Origin: Chiloscyllium plagiosum
Lineage: Eukaryota
Reading direction: 5' to 3'
Assembly (NCBI RefSeq): GCF_004010195.1
Contig: NC_057719.1
Location: 38,043,722 to 38,107,721 of the forward strand
Length of the DNA stretch: 64,000 nucleotides
Shown here: piece by piece, positions 1 through 13,882 of the stretch
Numbering within the stretch: position 1 is the first letter of the stretch
How the letters are laid out: every line of letters begins with the position of its first letter
Program-made: the position numbers and the translations under genes
Notes under the pieces: model-generated
Told to the model about the DNA's origin: nothing
Database searches by the model: none
The model's input: only the letters and a program-made list of their open reading frames with translations

Positions 1-118
1 TTCTGGATTAGTGGTGCTGGAAAAGCACAGCAGTTCAGGCAGCATCTGAACTGCTGTGCTTTTCCAGCACCACTAATCCAGAATCTGGTTTCCAGCATCT
101 GTAGTCATTGTTTTTACC
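1..118. mobile_element. Fold-back PLE-end element, family A (left edge cut by window)
   Basis: Perfect 38-bp inverted repeat (1-38 / 46-83, loop GCAGCAT), followed by the family terminus TCCAGCATCTGTAGTCATTGTTTTTACC. Confidence 0.8.
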
Positions 119-1268
119 TATTCGACAAGGTTCCCCATGGGAGACTGGTCAGCAAGGTTTGATCTCATGGAATCCAGGTAACCATTTGGATACAGAACTG
201 GTTCAAAGGTAGAAGACAGAGGGTGGTGGTGGAGGGTTATTTTTCAGACTGGAGGTTGTGACCAGTGGTGCGCCACAAGGATCAGTGCCAGATCCACTAC
301 TTTTCATCATTTATATAAATGATTTAGATGTGAGCATAAGAGGTACAGTTAGTAAGTTTGCAGATGACACCAAAATTGGAGGTGTAGTGGACAGAGAAGA
401 AGGTTACCTCAGATTACAACAGGATCTTGATCAGATGGGCCAATGGCTGAGAAGTGGCAGATCGAGTTTAATTTAGATAAATGTGAGGTGCTGAATTTTG
501 GGAAAGCAAATCTTACCTGGACTTATACACTTAATGGTAAGACCTGAGGGAGTATTGCTGAACAGAGAGACCTTGGAGTGCAGGTTCATAACACCTTGAA
601 AGTGGAGAAGGATAGTGAAGAAGGCGTTTGGTATGCTCTCCTTTACTGGTCAGAGTATTGAATACAGGAGTTGGGAGGTCATGTTGTGGCTGTACAGGAC
701 ATTGATTAGGCCACTGTTGGAATATTGTGTGCAATTCTGGTCTCCTTCCTATTGGAAAGATGTTGTGAAACTTGAAAGGGTTCAGAAAAGATTTGCAAGC
801 ATGTTGTCAGAGTTGGAGTTGAGCAATTGGGAGAGGTTGAATAGGCTTGGGCTGTTTTCCCTGGAGTGTCAGAGGCTGAGGGGTGACGTTATAGAGATTT
901 ATAAAATCATGAGGGGTATAGTTAGGATAAATAGACAAAGTCTTTTCCCTGAGGTGGGGGAGTCCAGAACTGGAGGGCATAGGTTTAGGGTGAGAGAGAA
1001 AAGATATAAAAGAGACCTAATGGAGAACGTTATCACACAGAGGGTGGTACGTGTATGGAATGAGCTGCCAGAGGAAGTGGTGGAGGCTAGTACAATTGCA
1101 ACATTTAAAAGGCATCTGGATGGGTATATGAATAGGAAGGTTTTAGAGTGATATGGGATGGGTGCTGGCAGGTGGGACTAGAATGTGTTGGGATATCTGG
1201 TCGACATGGATGAGTTGGACCAAAGGGTCTGTTTCCATGCTGTACATCTCTATGACTATACGACTCTC
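119..1268 (+). mobile_element. CR1 LINE (HER1-like), RT domain to 3' tail, frameshifted
   Basis: SG.PQGSV...YINDLD...KFADDTK and LIRPLLEYCVQFWSP motifs; (CTATGACT)-type tail. Confidence 0.92.
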
Positions 1269-3464
1269 TGACTTAACATTTTGGCTGAGATAATTGTCTT
1301 TCAATCTCAGCTACAACTATTTTTCTTCATGGTGGTAGGATTCTAATGAATGTAGAAACTTCCTCCAGTTCCCATCAATTTCAATTTTGCTACAGTTGCT
1401 TGAAAGTATACATGGTGTAATACTATCTTGATGTCCAGGACAGTTATTCTCACTTGACATCGGAAATTCAGCATTGCTGTCCAAAGCTTTGATTAACACT
1501 GTAGTGTGGTGTGCAATTGAATGGCCCTGGTAGAGTCGAAAGTGAGGATCAGTGAATAGATTATTGTTGAGTAAGTGTTGCTTTTCCTGGGTGACAGCAC
1601 CTTCCCTTCCTGTCTTGATAATTGAGAATAGACTGGTGCAATTTTCCCTCTAAGCTGTGCATGCTCTGATCTTCCAGGCACAGAACTGATTTCCGCTTCT
1701 GCAAGTCGCTGCTTTTCATGTGCTTAGAAGGGCCACGCAGCCAGTGAGAAATTTCGAGTGAATGTTGGACTCATGATATGTATTTTGATCAGATGAGTTC
1801 TCCTTGGGCTATTTTCCACATTGTCAGAAAGATGCCAGTATTTTAGCTACATCAGAATGGCTTGGCTAGAGCTCAGCTAGTCCTGGAACACAAATCTATG
1901 CTTTTGCTGCTGGGATGTTTTCGAAGCCCATAGCTGTATGAAATTATTTCTTGATATCTTCATGGAGTGACTCAAATTGGCTGAAGATAAGCACCTATGA
2001 TGTTGGAGACCTCTGGAGGAGACTGAAATGGGACATCCACCCGACGTTCTGCCCAAGGGTGGTTGCAAATATTTCTTTGATACTGGTATAACATTTATGC
2101 ATTGAATTTATCATCTTAGCCACGGATAAAAAAAATTCTGCAATGAGGAAAGCTCCAGGTCATTATGAAAACAACAGTAAGAAATGAAACTGATACACAT
2201 ACAGCTGCCTTGTGGAGGCCCAGTTGTTTTATTTCTGTCCTGCAAATCCTCTAGAAAATACTATTGCTCCTCCTCTAAATTCTTCATATTTCTCTGCTGC
2301 GTAATAATTGCCACATGCCTGGTTTAAAGCCAAATTAACCACTGCAGTGAATGTAGACTGGTAAACCCCATTTAAACTACAAATTTTAATATTCATTTTT
2401 TAATCAGTCAGGGGGTGTGGGCATCCACCATTTATTGCCCATCCCTAGTTGTCCTTGAGAAGGTGGTGGTGAGCTGCTTTCTTGAACTGCTGCAGTCCAT
2501 TTGCTGTTAGGGCAGGAGTTCTCGGAATTTGATCCAGCAACACTGAGTGAACAGCAATATATTTCCAAGTCAGGATGGTGAATGGCTTGGAAGGGATCTT
2601 GCAGGTGGTGATATTCCCATATATTTGCTGACACTCCTGACGTACAACTTGTAGATGGTGAACAGACTATTGGGAGTTAGGAAGTAAGTTACTCACTGCA
2701 GTATTCCCAGGCGTGGACCTGCTCTTCTCGCCATTGTATTTACATGGTAGTCTAGTTCAGTTCCTGATCAGTGGTAACCTTAGGTTGTTGATAATGAGGG
2801 ATTCAAATGTAAAGAAACAGCGATCAGGTTATACAGTCATAGAGTCATAGAGATGTACAGCATGGAAACAGACCCTTTGCTCCAACCCGTCCATGCCGAC
2901 CAGATATCCCAACCCAATTTAGTCCCACCTGCCAGCACCCGGCCCATATCCATCCAAACCCTTCCTATTCATATACCCACCCAAATGCCTCTTAAATGTT
3001 GCAATTGTACCAGCCTCCACCACTTCCTCTGGCAGCTCATTCCATATACGTACCACCCTCTGCGTGAAAAAATGTTGCCCCTTAGGTCTCTTTTATATCT
3101 TTCCCCTCTCAACCTAAACCTATGACCTCTAGTTCTGGACTCCCCGAGCCCAGGGAAAAGACTTTGTCTATTTATCCTATCCATGCCCCTCATAATTTTG
3201 TAAACCTCTATAAGGTCACCCCTTCGACGCTCCAGGGAAAACAGCCCCAGCCTGTTCAGCCCCTCCCTGTAGCTCAGATCCTCCAACCCTGGCAACATCC
3301 TTGTAAATCTTTTCTGAACCCTTTCAAGTTTCACAACATCTTTCCGATAGGAAGGAGACCAGAATTGCACGCAATATTCCAACAATGGCCTAACCAATGT
3401 CGTGTACAGCCGCAACATGACCTCCCAACTCCTGTACTCAATACTCTGACCAATAAAGGAAAGC

Positions 3465-3671
3465 TCGTATGTGGCGCTTAGGCGGTTGGCACAGGATTCC
3501 CATTTCCTGGCTTGTCTTAGCGTCTCTCGCCTGTAGTTGTTCAAAGTCTGTCTGAAGATTTGTAGCTCGGGTGCTCGTTGTTGTGGTTCTGTTCACCGAG
3601 CTGGGAATTTGTGTTGCAGACGTTTCGTCCCCTGTCTAGGTGACATCCTCAGTGCTTGGGAGCCTCCTGTG
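3465..3671 (-). mobile_element. PLE pseudo-LTR fragment (family C) with hammerhead motif
   Basis: Exact 13-bp TSD AATAAAGGAAAGC (3452-3464 / 3672-3684). Minus strand reads GCA-CTGAGGA-TGTC...GAC-GAAACGTC-TGC, then an ORF-start-like NYRRETLRQARKWESCANRL. Confidence 0.8.
3616..3655 (-). ncRNA. Predicted minimal type I hammerhead ribozyme
   Basis: Stem I GCA/UGC, core CUGAGGA, stem II GUC(ACCU-AGAC-AGGG)GAC, GAAA, palindromic ACGU stem III, GUC cleavage triplet. Confidence 0.7.
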
Positions 3672-4954
3672 AATAAAGGAAAGCATACCAAACGCCTTCT
3701 TCACTATCCTATCTACCTGCAGCTCCACTTTCAAGGAGCTATGAACCTGCACTCCAAGGTCTCTTTGTTCAGCAACACTCCCTAGGACCTTACCATTAAG
3801 TGTATAAGTGCTGCTAAGATTTGCTTTCCCAAACTGCAGCACCTCGCATTTATCTGAATTAAACTCCATCTGCCACTTCTCAGCCCATTGGCCCATCTGG
3901 TCCAGATCCTGTTGTAATCTGGGGTAACCCTCTTCGCTGTCCACTACACCTCCAATTTTGGTGTCATCTGCAAACTTACTAACTGTACCTCTTATGCTCG
4001 CATCCAAATCATTTATATAAGTGACAAAATGGAGATGGTCATTGCCTGGAATATGTGTGAGATGACTGTCACTTGCCATTTGTCAGCCCAAGCTTGGATA
4101 TTGTCCAGGTTGTGCTGCATTTGAACATGGGCTAACTTAGTATCTAAGGAATCACGAACAGTGCTGAACATTGTACAATCATCGCCAAACATTCCTGCTT
4201 CTAAACTTATGGACAGAAGACCATTATTGAAGCAGCTGAAGGTGTTTGGGCTGAGGACAACTGCAAAAGACATTGACAGATTCATCAAATGAAATGTTGT
4301 TGTGTATGCAAATCGTAATAGAGTTGGGAAATCATGAATCAGAAGTAAGAGCACTCCATCTTGGATTTGGTTAAGTCTCTCTGCTGTTCATATTGAAACA
4401 GGATATAGTCAAACAATACCATAAGCTTATTCCATCGTTACATTAGATCACAGCTGATCTGATTCTCAACTCCATTTCATTGTTTCTGTTCCACATTCCT
4501 TGACATCCTAATAAACTCTTGAAAATTTTAATTGATTCAGGATCTATTTCCTCTCAGGAGAGGAATTTACACACTTACAGTTTGGACATAGTGCTTCCTA
4601 ATTTTAGTCCTATTTGGCCTAGCTCCAGTTTTGACATTGTGCTGCCTTATTTGTTTGATGATAATAACCAGTCATTTCCACCAAAACGAAGTTAAGTTGA
4701 CACGTTCTGGTTTGTCCCTGTCTCCCCTCCCTTTTTACATAGCGGTGATATTTGGCATTTCCAACAATTGGCATGCTTCTGAACTCTCAAAACCTTCATG
4801 ACCTACTGACGCCTGGCTTTCAAACCAGTATTATCAATCCCTCTTCAAAGTTCCACCTCTTCCCTTTGTACACGTCTTTAACCCTCCTTCTTCTCCAGGT
4901 CCTCCAACAATTCCATGTTTGATTTACTCTGTTTTGAAATTCACCAATCAAGTT

Positions 4955-5307
4955 CATAGAATCATAGAATCCCTACAGTGTGGAAACAGGCCCTTCGGCC
5001 CAACAAGTCCACGCCAACCTTCCAAAGAGTAACCCACCTAGACCCATTCCTCTCCCCTATTATGCTACATTTACCCCAACCAATGCACCTAACCTACAAT
5101 CTCTGAACACTATGGGCAGTTTAGTATGGTCACTTCACCTAACCTGCACATCTTTGGACTGTGGGAGGAAACCGAAGCACCTGGAGGAAACCCACGCAGA
5201 CACGGGGAGAATGTGCAAAGTCCACACAGACAGGTATCTGAGACTGGATTCGAACCTGGGTTCCTTACACTGTGAGTCAGCAGTGCTAACCACTGAGCCA
5301 CTGTGCT
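4955..5307 (-). mobile_element. HE1-like V-SINE (tRNA-derived)
   Basis: Minus-strand A box (GGCTCAGTGGTTAGC) and B box (GGTTCGAATCC), conserved central domain, CR1-like tail with (TTCTATGA)n. Confidence 0.88.
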
Positions 5308-5451
5308 ACCTCATTTCACAAGTTCCTACACTTCTGACAGCAATGAATCAATCCAAATCAGTCAAACATAACATGTTCTTTGATTGTAGGCATAATCAAT
5401 TTACCTTTTAACTCATTCTCATCTTCCCTGCAACCTTTGTTATAGGGAAGG

Positions 5452-5670
5452 AGTTTGGTTTAGCTCAGTTGGCTGGACAGCTGGTTTGCGATGCAGAATG
5501 ACGCCATCAGCGTGGGTTCAATTCCTGTACTAGCTAACGTTATGACAAAGGATTCTCAATCTCTCGACTTGCCTGAGCTGTGGTGACCCTCCAGTTAAAC
5601 CACCAGTCATCTCCTCTCTCTAATGACAACGGCTCTATGATCTGGTAGGACTATGGTAACTTCACCTTGT
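5452..5670 (+). mobile_element. Old tRNA-derived SINE (different family)
   Basis: A box TAGCTCAGTTGG (5461) and B box GGTTCAATTCC (5515); no intact cloverleaf. Confidence 0.55.
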
Positions 5671-5699
5671 TACAGGGACCAGATTAACTTCGTCCAATG

Positions 5700-6420
5700 C
5701 CTCACTGCTCTTGTCCAGCTCTGTTGGCTCCCCTCAGTTGATTTCCATGATCAGCTATCAATTGTAGTCAGAGCAACAACTTCTCTTTGCATTCCAGTAA
5801 CATTAGCTTCTGGCGTCCCCAAAGTATAAGCCATTTCACCTTCTGCATTTAGGTGCTACCTCTTGGCAACTTTCTCCAAAGACATAATCAGCTTCCACAT
5901 GAATGCTGCTGACATCCCACTCTACATCTATGTGCCAACAAACCTCATTCATTTCCTCTAATCCTCTTCTTCCTCTCACCTACAAATCAGTCTTGTCATC
6001 TTATTTAGTGCTGAGTTAAGCCTTGCATCCAGCATCCTCTTTATAACAAAGCCCACCAGGTTCAACACATATATTAGCACAGCAGTGCATCAAACTGTTA
6101 TCCAAGCCTTTGTTCCCTCAAGATGTGACTATTCCAATGTTCTCCTGGCAAGTGTTCCAGTCTCCACCTTCTGTGAACATTAGCTCATCCAAATGCCTTC
6201 TGCCTATATTCTAACATATGCCTAGTCTCAGCCATCCTGCATCTATCTGGTTCAAATTTGTTCCTGGTCCCCTAATGTCTTCATTTTCTTGTTCGTATTC
6301 AAATGCCTTTGGAATCTAATTCTTCTCAAACTTTGCTTACTCTACCTGCATCTCTGCTCTATTCACTCAGCCCTCTTGTACTTCTCATCGTCCTTCCACT
6401 AGATGCTTAGCAGCAATACC
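5700..6420 (+). mobile_element. Highly decayed L2-like LINE RT fragment
   Basis: Remnants read SGVPQ.., ISFHMNAADIPLYI (YADD-like) and TVIQAFVPSRCDYSNVLL (LIHAFVTSRLDYSNALL-like). Confidence 0.6.
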
Positions 6421-8550
6421 TCTAATCACTAAAGGCTAGATTTTCATCACAGAGTTGTGAAGGAGCAGCCAGTTCTGTTTTGTGTTAGGGATCTGCCTGT
6501 GGTAGGAACTAATTGAAGTTTGGGTTTTCACTGTGTTGCCTTTCCCTTAAATGGAGTAAGGTGAATAGAGGCAGGAAGAGAAGTGAATTTCAGACTCAAA
6601 TAGCCATCACTGAGGCTGCTAGTAATGCTGAAGGAGAGACTTTGTGTCAAGGCCTATCTCTGCAGCACAGGGAAGTGAGATGTCATAAGGGTGCCTGACA
6701 CCCGTGAAGCAGAGGAGGCCACCTTGTCGAGCAGCAAGGGCACATCTTTGGCAATGCCACCTCTCTCCACCTCCAATTCCTTCCCTTCACTTACCTCCTG
6801 TTTCTCATTCAGTGGGCTATCTCTTCTTGGGCGACAACTTTCCTTAAGGTCCACACATCTCAGGAGGGCCATATTATGAAGATGGCAGAGACAAAAAACA
6901 ACCTGAACAGACTACACACAGGACCCAGTGCTCTCTGACCCTGTGATGGCTCACCCAAATCTGCTGGGTTGTCCAGCATTGGCAAGGAGAGCATCTATCA
7001 CCTTTCAGATATCTCAGAATCCTGCACTGTGTTTGAGAATCCTTCACGCATGACTCCAATAGCTTTGCAGCTGCTTGTAGATCTTCTTTTTCCATCTTGT
7101 CCCTTGTTCATCTCCCCAGGATACTGATCCAAAGGAGAATATATTAGAAGGTCTAACAAAAAGCAATGTCAAAGAACTGGTTTTAAATCAGGTCCATAAT
7201 TGCAGAGGAAGGTGGAGAATACATGGGTCTATGAAGCAATAGCCATAGTCTAGAGCTTAGAGACTTAATTTTGGGCTGAAACAGAAGTGGGAAGTCTGAA
7301 AAGGTGGCAGTGGTGCCTTGCTGCTTTCTGGTGCCTGGGGCTCTGCTTTTTCTGTTGCTCCTCCTCTTGATAGATCCATTTCCAACAACAACCCTCCTGG
7401 TTCTCAGGTGGAGCCAAAAAGCTTTGCCAAACTACTCTGCTAACCTGCGAGTCGAGAGAATGACTCCCCTACCCCTGAACTGGCAACGTTATAATGCTGA
7501 CCTGTAATAGGCTGTTGCAACTTTTATTTCAAAAGGGTGAGCCCTTTAAGTGTGAACTCTTCCCTCCCATGGCTTACCCCTGACAAAGTCCTCACTTGAC
7601 TGCAGCTGCTCTGATTCAGATAGGTACTGGATACTGGCTGTCTACAGCAGTGTTGCAAAGTCAGGCTTTTAAAAAGCTCTTTATGTACTTCAATTTGTTT
7701 TTTTTATGTGGGTGACAATTAGAGACCTTTGTTCTTCCTCAGTCTCAAAAACAATGGAGAGGCTGGATATGGAGGTACAACATCCAGTCACATGACATCA
7801 TTGCCAAATTTTTGCACAATGCTCTTGATACGAGATTTTAGACCCATGTATCCCACACACCCTCTCCATCCTTATACACCTGACTTAAACCCACCTCTTT
7901 GACAATGTTATTTGTCACTCCTCTGATCATTTCCTTTGAATTGGAATTCTGGTATTAAGTATTACACTTGTGGGAAGAACTTTGGAATGTGTTCCTACAT
8001 TAAAACGTCTTTGAAAACCAATGCAAACTTATTTAAATTGTATTTCAGACATCAAATGTGATAAAGTTAGACAAAACTTAATTACAGTGTAGTTAGAATC
8101 TATTGGGACTGCACTCAGCATGAGAGCTTCACTATAACCACCCACGAGCCCTGGCAATTAGCCACCTAAACAGGGTCAAGGAAGTCTATACATTTAATAC
8201 TGAAGGAAGTGATTACCATAACTGAGTCAGCTGGGTAGGGGGATGTTGAAGGAACCTTGGTGCAGCTGTAGTGCATCTTGTCAATGGTATGCACCACAGG
8301 CTTGGTATGCTAGTGTTTGGAAGGAGTGAATGGTTTAAAGTGGTCTACAAATTCTATCCAAGCAAGTTACTTTGGCCTGAATAGTGTTGAGTTTCTTGAA
8401 AATGTTTGGAACTGCGATCATCTAATCCTGTGAGGAATATTCCACCACTGTCTTGAGAATTAGAATTTAAAATTAGGTTTATTGTCACATATACTCAAGT
8501 TATAAAAAAACAGGAGTAGAGTGAAAAGTATATAAAGTTGCCGACACACA

Positions 8551-8808
8551 TTAGATTAGATTAGATTCACTACATTATGGAAACAGGCCCTTCAGCCCAA
8601 CAAATCCACACCAACCCTCTGAAGAGTAACTCACCCAGACCCATTCCCCTACCATATATTTACCCTGACTAATGCACCTATCACTATGGGCAATTTAGCA
8701 TGGCCAATTCACCTGACCTGCACATCTTTGGACTGTGGGAGGAAACCAGAGCATCTGGAGAAAACCCACGTAGACACGGGGAGAATGTACAAACTCCACA
8801 CAGACAGT
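8551..8808 (-). mobile_element. HE1-like V-SINE, 5'-truncated
   Basis: (TTAGA)n tail and central domain nearly identical to 37144-37465; tRNA head missing. Confidence 0.85.
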
Positions 8809-8811
8809 CTC

Positions 8812-9550
8812 AATTGTACATCAATTTTTTATTCTAGCCCTCTAAAAATAATGCTAATATTGCATTTTCTTTCCTAACTGCCAACTGAACCTGCATGTTA
8901 ACTTTATGAGAATCCTGAACCAGGATTTCCAAGTCCCTTTATGTTTCAGATTTCTGAACCCTTTCCCTGTTTAGAAAATAGTCTATGCTTCTATTCTACA
9001 GTGCATAGCTTTACACTTACCTACATTTTATTCAAATTGCCATTTCTTTGCCCATTCTCCTAGCCTATCCAAGTCCTTCAGTAACCTCCCCATTTCCTCA
9101 ATGCTACCTGTCCCTCCAACTATCTTGTTGTTATCTGCAAACAAGCAACAATGCCCTCAGTTCCGTTGTCCAGTTCGTTAATGTATAACATGATTAGTTG
9201 TGGTTCTAACACTGAGCCCTGCAGAATTCCACTAGTCTCTGGCTGCCATCCTGAAAAGGACCCCTTTATCCCCACTCTCTGCCTTCTGTCAGGACCCTTC
9301 CCTTAACACCATGGGCTGTTATTTTATTTAACAGCCACTATGCGGCACCTTGTCAAAGGCCTTTTAGAAATCCAAATCGATCACATCCCAGGAGCTCTCC
9401 TTTGTCTAACTTGCTTGTTACTTCCTTAAAGAATTCTAACAGATTTGTCAAGCATGACCTTCTCTTGATGATGCCATGCTGGCTCAGCCCTATGTTACAG
9501 TGCACTTGCAATTATTCTGCAATCTCATCCTTATTAATGGACTTTCAAAT
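8812..9550 (-). mobile_element. CR1 LINE RT fragment (same family as 36660-39765)
   Basis: Reverse-complement similarity to 38500-39170 (DF.KAFDKVPH, SG.PQGSVL regions). Confidence 0.8.
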
Positions 9551-10479
9551 CTCTTTGGAACTATGAGTGGTATTGAACACTGTAGGATCATCAGCAAACA
9601 CACCTAATTTTATCTAGAGAAGGTCACTGATGAAGCATGAAAATGGCCTAGGACACTATTCTGAGCAACTCCCGAAGCAATGGAATTGAGCCTAGGTGAT
9701 TGACCTTGAACAACCTGAAACATCTTCCTTTGAGTTACGTAAAACTGCAACCAATGGAGAGTTTTTTCCCCAATTCCCATTGACTTCAGTTTGCTACATT
9801 CAGTTAAATACTATCTTGATGTCAAGGATAGAAATTTGGGTAGTCACACTCAGCTCACCTCTGATATCCAGCTTCATTGTCAATGTGTGGAACAAGGCTG
9901 CATTGAGATATGGAGATGAATGCCTTGTCGGAACCTGGACTGACCAGTGACATGCAGGTTTTTGCCAAGGAACCAGATTAGATTTATTATCCCTTTATCA
10001 AACAGGACACAGGTGGATAGTTTTTCTCTTTCTCAAGTAGAAGTCAATAAAATGGTAGGCTACTGCAGAAAATACAGAGATATGGCATTGAGGGTGAGTT
10101 CTATGTTCTATGTTCTAAAATAACAGGACTGCAATAGCTTGGCTAAGGGCACGACTGGTTCTGGAGTACATACCTTATATACTACCAGGGTTTTGTCAGT
10201 ATTCATAGCCTTTGCAGTAACCAGTCCTCTCATGCATATTTTGATACTTTATGGGATTAATTAAATAAATTAAAGACTGGCATTTGTGATCCTGGGAGCT
10301 TTGGGAGAAGAATGGGATGAATTGATCTACTTGACTTCTGCCTACAAATGGATACGAAAACTTCAGCATTGGCTTGTGTGCTGATGTGCTGCGTTCTGCC
10401 AACAGTGAGGATGGATATCGAGACACCACCTTATGCTTATTGCTTATTTGTTCATGATCACTTATATTCAATGGTATTC

Positions 10480-10770
10480 CCATGGGACTAGTAATCCAGA
10501 ACTCTAAGGCAATGTAGTGGGGGCGTGGCTTTGAATCCCACGATGGCAGATGGTGAAATGTGAGTTCAATAAAATTTGGATTAGAGAGCTGGCCTAATGG
10601 TGACCATGTAATCATTATCGATTGCTGTACTTCACTAATACCCTTAATTGGTTAAGCTAACACCAAACCTACAGTACTGTGGTTGACTTTTAATTGCCCA
10701 CTGGGCATTTAGGGATGAGCAATAAATGCCGACTTAGCCAGTGGTGCACAGCCCATGAACAAATTTTTAA
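10480..10770 (+). mobile_element. Old tRNA-derived SINE sharing the 3' tail of LINE family B
   Basis: B-box-like TTTGAATCCC and tail GGGATGAGCAATAAATGCCGACTTAGCCAG, resembling the family B 3' end. Confidence 0.55.
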
Positions 10771-11458
10771 AAATAACAGGGATGCAAAACTTTCATCTGA
10801 TCTGTTGGTTATGGGATCACATTGCTCTGGCTATCTCACACTGCTGTAAATATTTAGTCATACTCCAGTAATACAGCTTTACCAAGAAAACAAGACATTT
10901 TCAGGTTCACCTGGTGTTGCCTTTCTTCTTCTTCTGCATTGCTTGTTAAACAAGGATTGATGCCCCGGCTTGATGGTAAAGGTAGAATGAGAAACATCGT
11001 GGATTATGAATTTTGAAATTTGTGGGTCAATACAAATCTGCTGCTCTTGATGACTTACAGCTAGAGCCTCATGAGTTTGATTTATTTGAGCTGATAGATC
11101 TAATCTGAATCCATCCTGTTTAGAATGATGGCAGTGCCACACCACATAATGGAGGATGTTCTCAGCATGAAGACAGGACTTCGCCTCCACAAGGTTTCTG
11201 TCACTCCCATCACTACTGACACGGTAAATACACCTGTGACAGGTAGATGGGTAAAGTAGGTTTCTCTCTTGTGTTGCTTCTCTCACCACCGACTCAAGGT
11301 CCAGAGTTTAGCTGAGAGTATTTAGAGCAGTGAGTATTTACAGAGCAGAGGCTATTAACAAAGCAGAGGGTATTTACAGAGGGCCTGCGAATGAGTTGAA
11401 TAACTAATATAGATATTCAACAGAGAGGAATAACAAACTCCAAAACAGAGCAAATTAA

Positions 11459-11700
11459 GGGGGGGTAGATATAGGACTGATGTTAGGGGTAGGTTCTTCA
11501 CTCAGCGAGTCGTTAGTTCATGGAATGCCCTGCCAGTAACAGTGGTGGACTCTCCCTCTTTATGGGCATTTAAGAGGGCATTGGATAGGTATATGGAGGA
11601 TAGTGGGTTAGTGTAGTTTAGGTGGGCTTGGATCGGCGCAACATCGAGGGCCCAAGGGCCTGTACTGCGCTGTAATGTTCTATGTTCTATGTTCTATGTT
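11459..11700 (+). mobile_element. CR1 3' end, distinct young subfamily with (TTCTATG)n tail
   Basis: RFFTQRVVSSWNALP...FKRALDRYM C-terminus, retained CpGs, 7-mer tail. Confidence 0.85.
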
Positions 11701-12382
11701 CAAATAGACAGTGTAAGGGACAAACTGGTCCTGCTGCCTGCACCCATGCTCCCACATTGGACTAAATGAGCACAAACAGGCAGGAGGGAATGGCTGAGAC
11801 AGCACTGATTTTAATAACAAATTTATTTCAAATAGAGGTGGGGCAGTCTGCTCACATGGAAGATGGTGACATTAGATGCAGACACACCCTGAAGACAGTC
11901 ACAAGAGGGCATCACTGGCCCCCATCTGTGCATGAGCTGGGACTAGTGGCAATTTTGCATTTGGAGTAATTATTCCATTCATCCATCACTATGCAACTTC
12001 ATAGAGTATAGATCAATGTTAAGAGCTCCCTGGCCACTCCCACCTGGTTGTATATTGTACAGCAACCTCAGGTTTATCTGTCGGGTGGAACAGAATATAT
12101 TCAGGTCTGGTGATGGATCTATGGTTGATATGTGGTTCTGAAATATGGTAATTTCTGGGTAATCTGTGGAAAAGCTCACCTAATTTAGACACAATTCCTC
12201 AGATGTTAATAAGGAGGATTTCACAGAATAGGCTGCATTAAGTGTGCTCTTAGCATATCCGTTGCCTATTTTGATGTCTGGTAGTCCATCCAATTTCATT
12301 CCTTTTTTGTTGATACAAGTGGTATTCCAGAGTCAACCCATTGCTGTATTTCTGGACCAGACATGGTTCATACCAAATGAGT

Positions 12383-12650
12383 TATAGAGTCATAGGGATG
12401 CAGCACGGAAACGGACCCTTCGGTCCAACACGTCCATGCTGACCAGCTATCCCAACCCAATCTAGTCCCACCTGTCAGCACCTGCCCCATATCCCACCAA
12501 ACCCTTCCTGTTCATATACCCATCCAGATGCCTTTTAAATGTTGCAACTGTTGAACTACCACTTCCTCTAGTAGTTCACTCCATACACATACTACCCTCT
12601 GCATGAAAAAGTTGCCCCTTCGGTCCCTTTTATATCTTTCCCCTTTCACT
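12383..12650 (-). mobile_element. CR1 (HER1-like) 3' fragment
   Basis: Similar to 2836-3110. Confidence 0.85.
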
Positions 12651-13882
12651 AAGAAAGCTAGATTTCCTTCCTGAAAACATATTAATGAACTAAATCCCCA
12701 TGTACACCCAGATTTTAATTCTTTAAACTTACCAAACCGGTTGAAGCCTTTTTCTTACACACCCTTGTTGTTCTTATGCGCTTAACCCCTTCTCACCTGG
12801 ACCCAATACAAGCTCATTACTTTGCCAGCTGTTTCTTGCTAATTTAACTGGAAGCGAGTATTGTGTGCATGTCTGTTATTATTGTCACATCCCTAGAGAG
12901 AGTAAGCACCAGAATTAGAATTCTTTCCCAGAACCTCTCCCAATGCATTTCAAACAAAAAGGGAAAACTAAAAAGGTTGAAAGTCAGAAGTAAAAAAGAA
13001 AATGTGGGAATCACAAAGCAAGACTATAAGTACCTGAAAGAGAAAAATATGGAGGTTTGTCAAAAGTATATTTCACTCTTAAACTGAAAATGATCTTGCA
13101 GTAAATTCTATCAAATGACCAATCAAAATGGCAGATGTTTCTGATGGTTTTAATTAATTTGAAAACAGGAAAAACAAAACTAACCAATCAATACTCTTGT
13201 TAGAATGTTAATTTCAAATTTCTCGGCAACTGAATTGACAAGTAAACAATAATTTATTTCATTTCATGCATGGCATGGACAACTAGAAAGTGGAAATTTT
13301 GATATGTTTCTATGTCCAGCTAGTCCCACACTTGCCTGTTTACTCAACTGTACTTCCCCCTTTCACTTTACAATGTGAAAACCAAACCTTTGTGCATTGT
13401 TATAGCACCAGAAATTACACAGAGTCATATTTAAATGAAAGTAAAGCTTAGCAATCATATGATCCTTTAAATTATTAAAGGTATAAAATTGCTACAAGTT
13501 ATATTTTTATACCACACCCATGTTTTTGGTTTCACATTATGGACTAGAGGACATTGGAGTGAAGTTATATTAAACCAGGAATCTACGTGAGGCCTATGTG
13601 ACAGATGCCAGCCTGTGTGTGTGGGTGGAAATAATCAGAAACTTGGAGCCAGTTCAGAGGAGTTGGATCTTCTAGCCTGATGAAAGTGTTTGCAGACAAA
13701 TTGCAATTGAAGATATTTCCAAACTGTAAGGTTGGTTCTGCTATAAGTAAGCTTCACCTACTATTTCACAAACATGGGACTGAATCTTGCATTTTTCTGG
13801 CTAAGTGTCAGTTCCATCAGGTTTTTTGGAGGGTGCCTCTCTATGAGGCCTTGCAAGATCACTCACCATATCTTAACAAACT

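Larger units (their letters stand above)
2836..4020 (-). mobile_element. CR1 LINE (HER1-like), RT C-half and tail
   Basis: YINDLD..KFADDTK and LVRPLLEYCVQFWSP on the minus strand; tail reads CATAGAGTCATAGAG on +. Confidence 0.92.
2404..4270 (-). mobile_element. CR1/L2-group LINE family B (RT to 3' end), interrupted by the CR1 at 2836-4020
   Basis: Minus-strand GMFGDDCTMF...NIQAWADKWQVT (4013-4354 ORF). Its 3' end GGGATGGGCAATAAAT is shared with the 41845-43255 copy. Confidence 0.7.

Noticed and set aside
6620..7110. Possible further Harbinger Myb-like remnant
   Set aside because: Similarity (SQTQCR) is too weak to support by eye.
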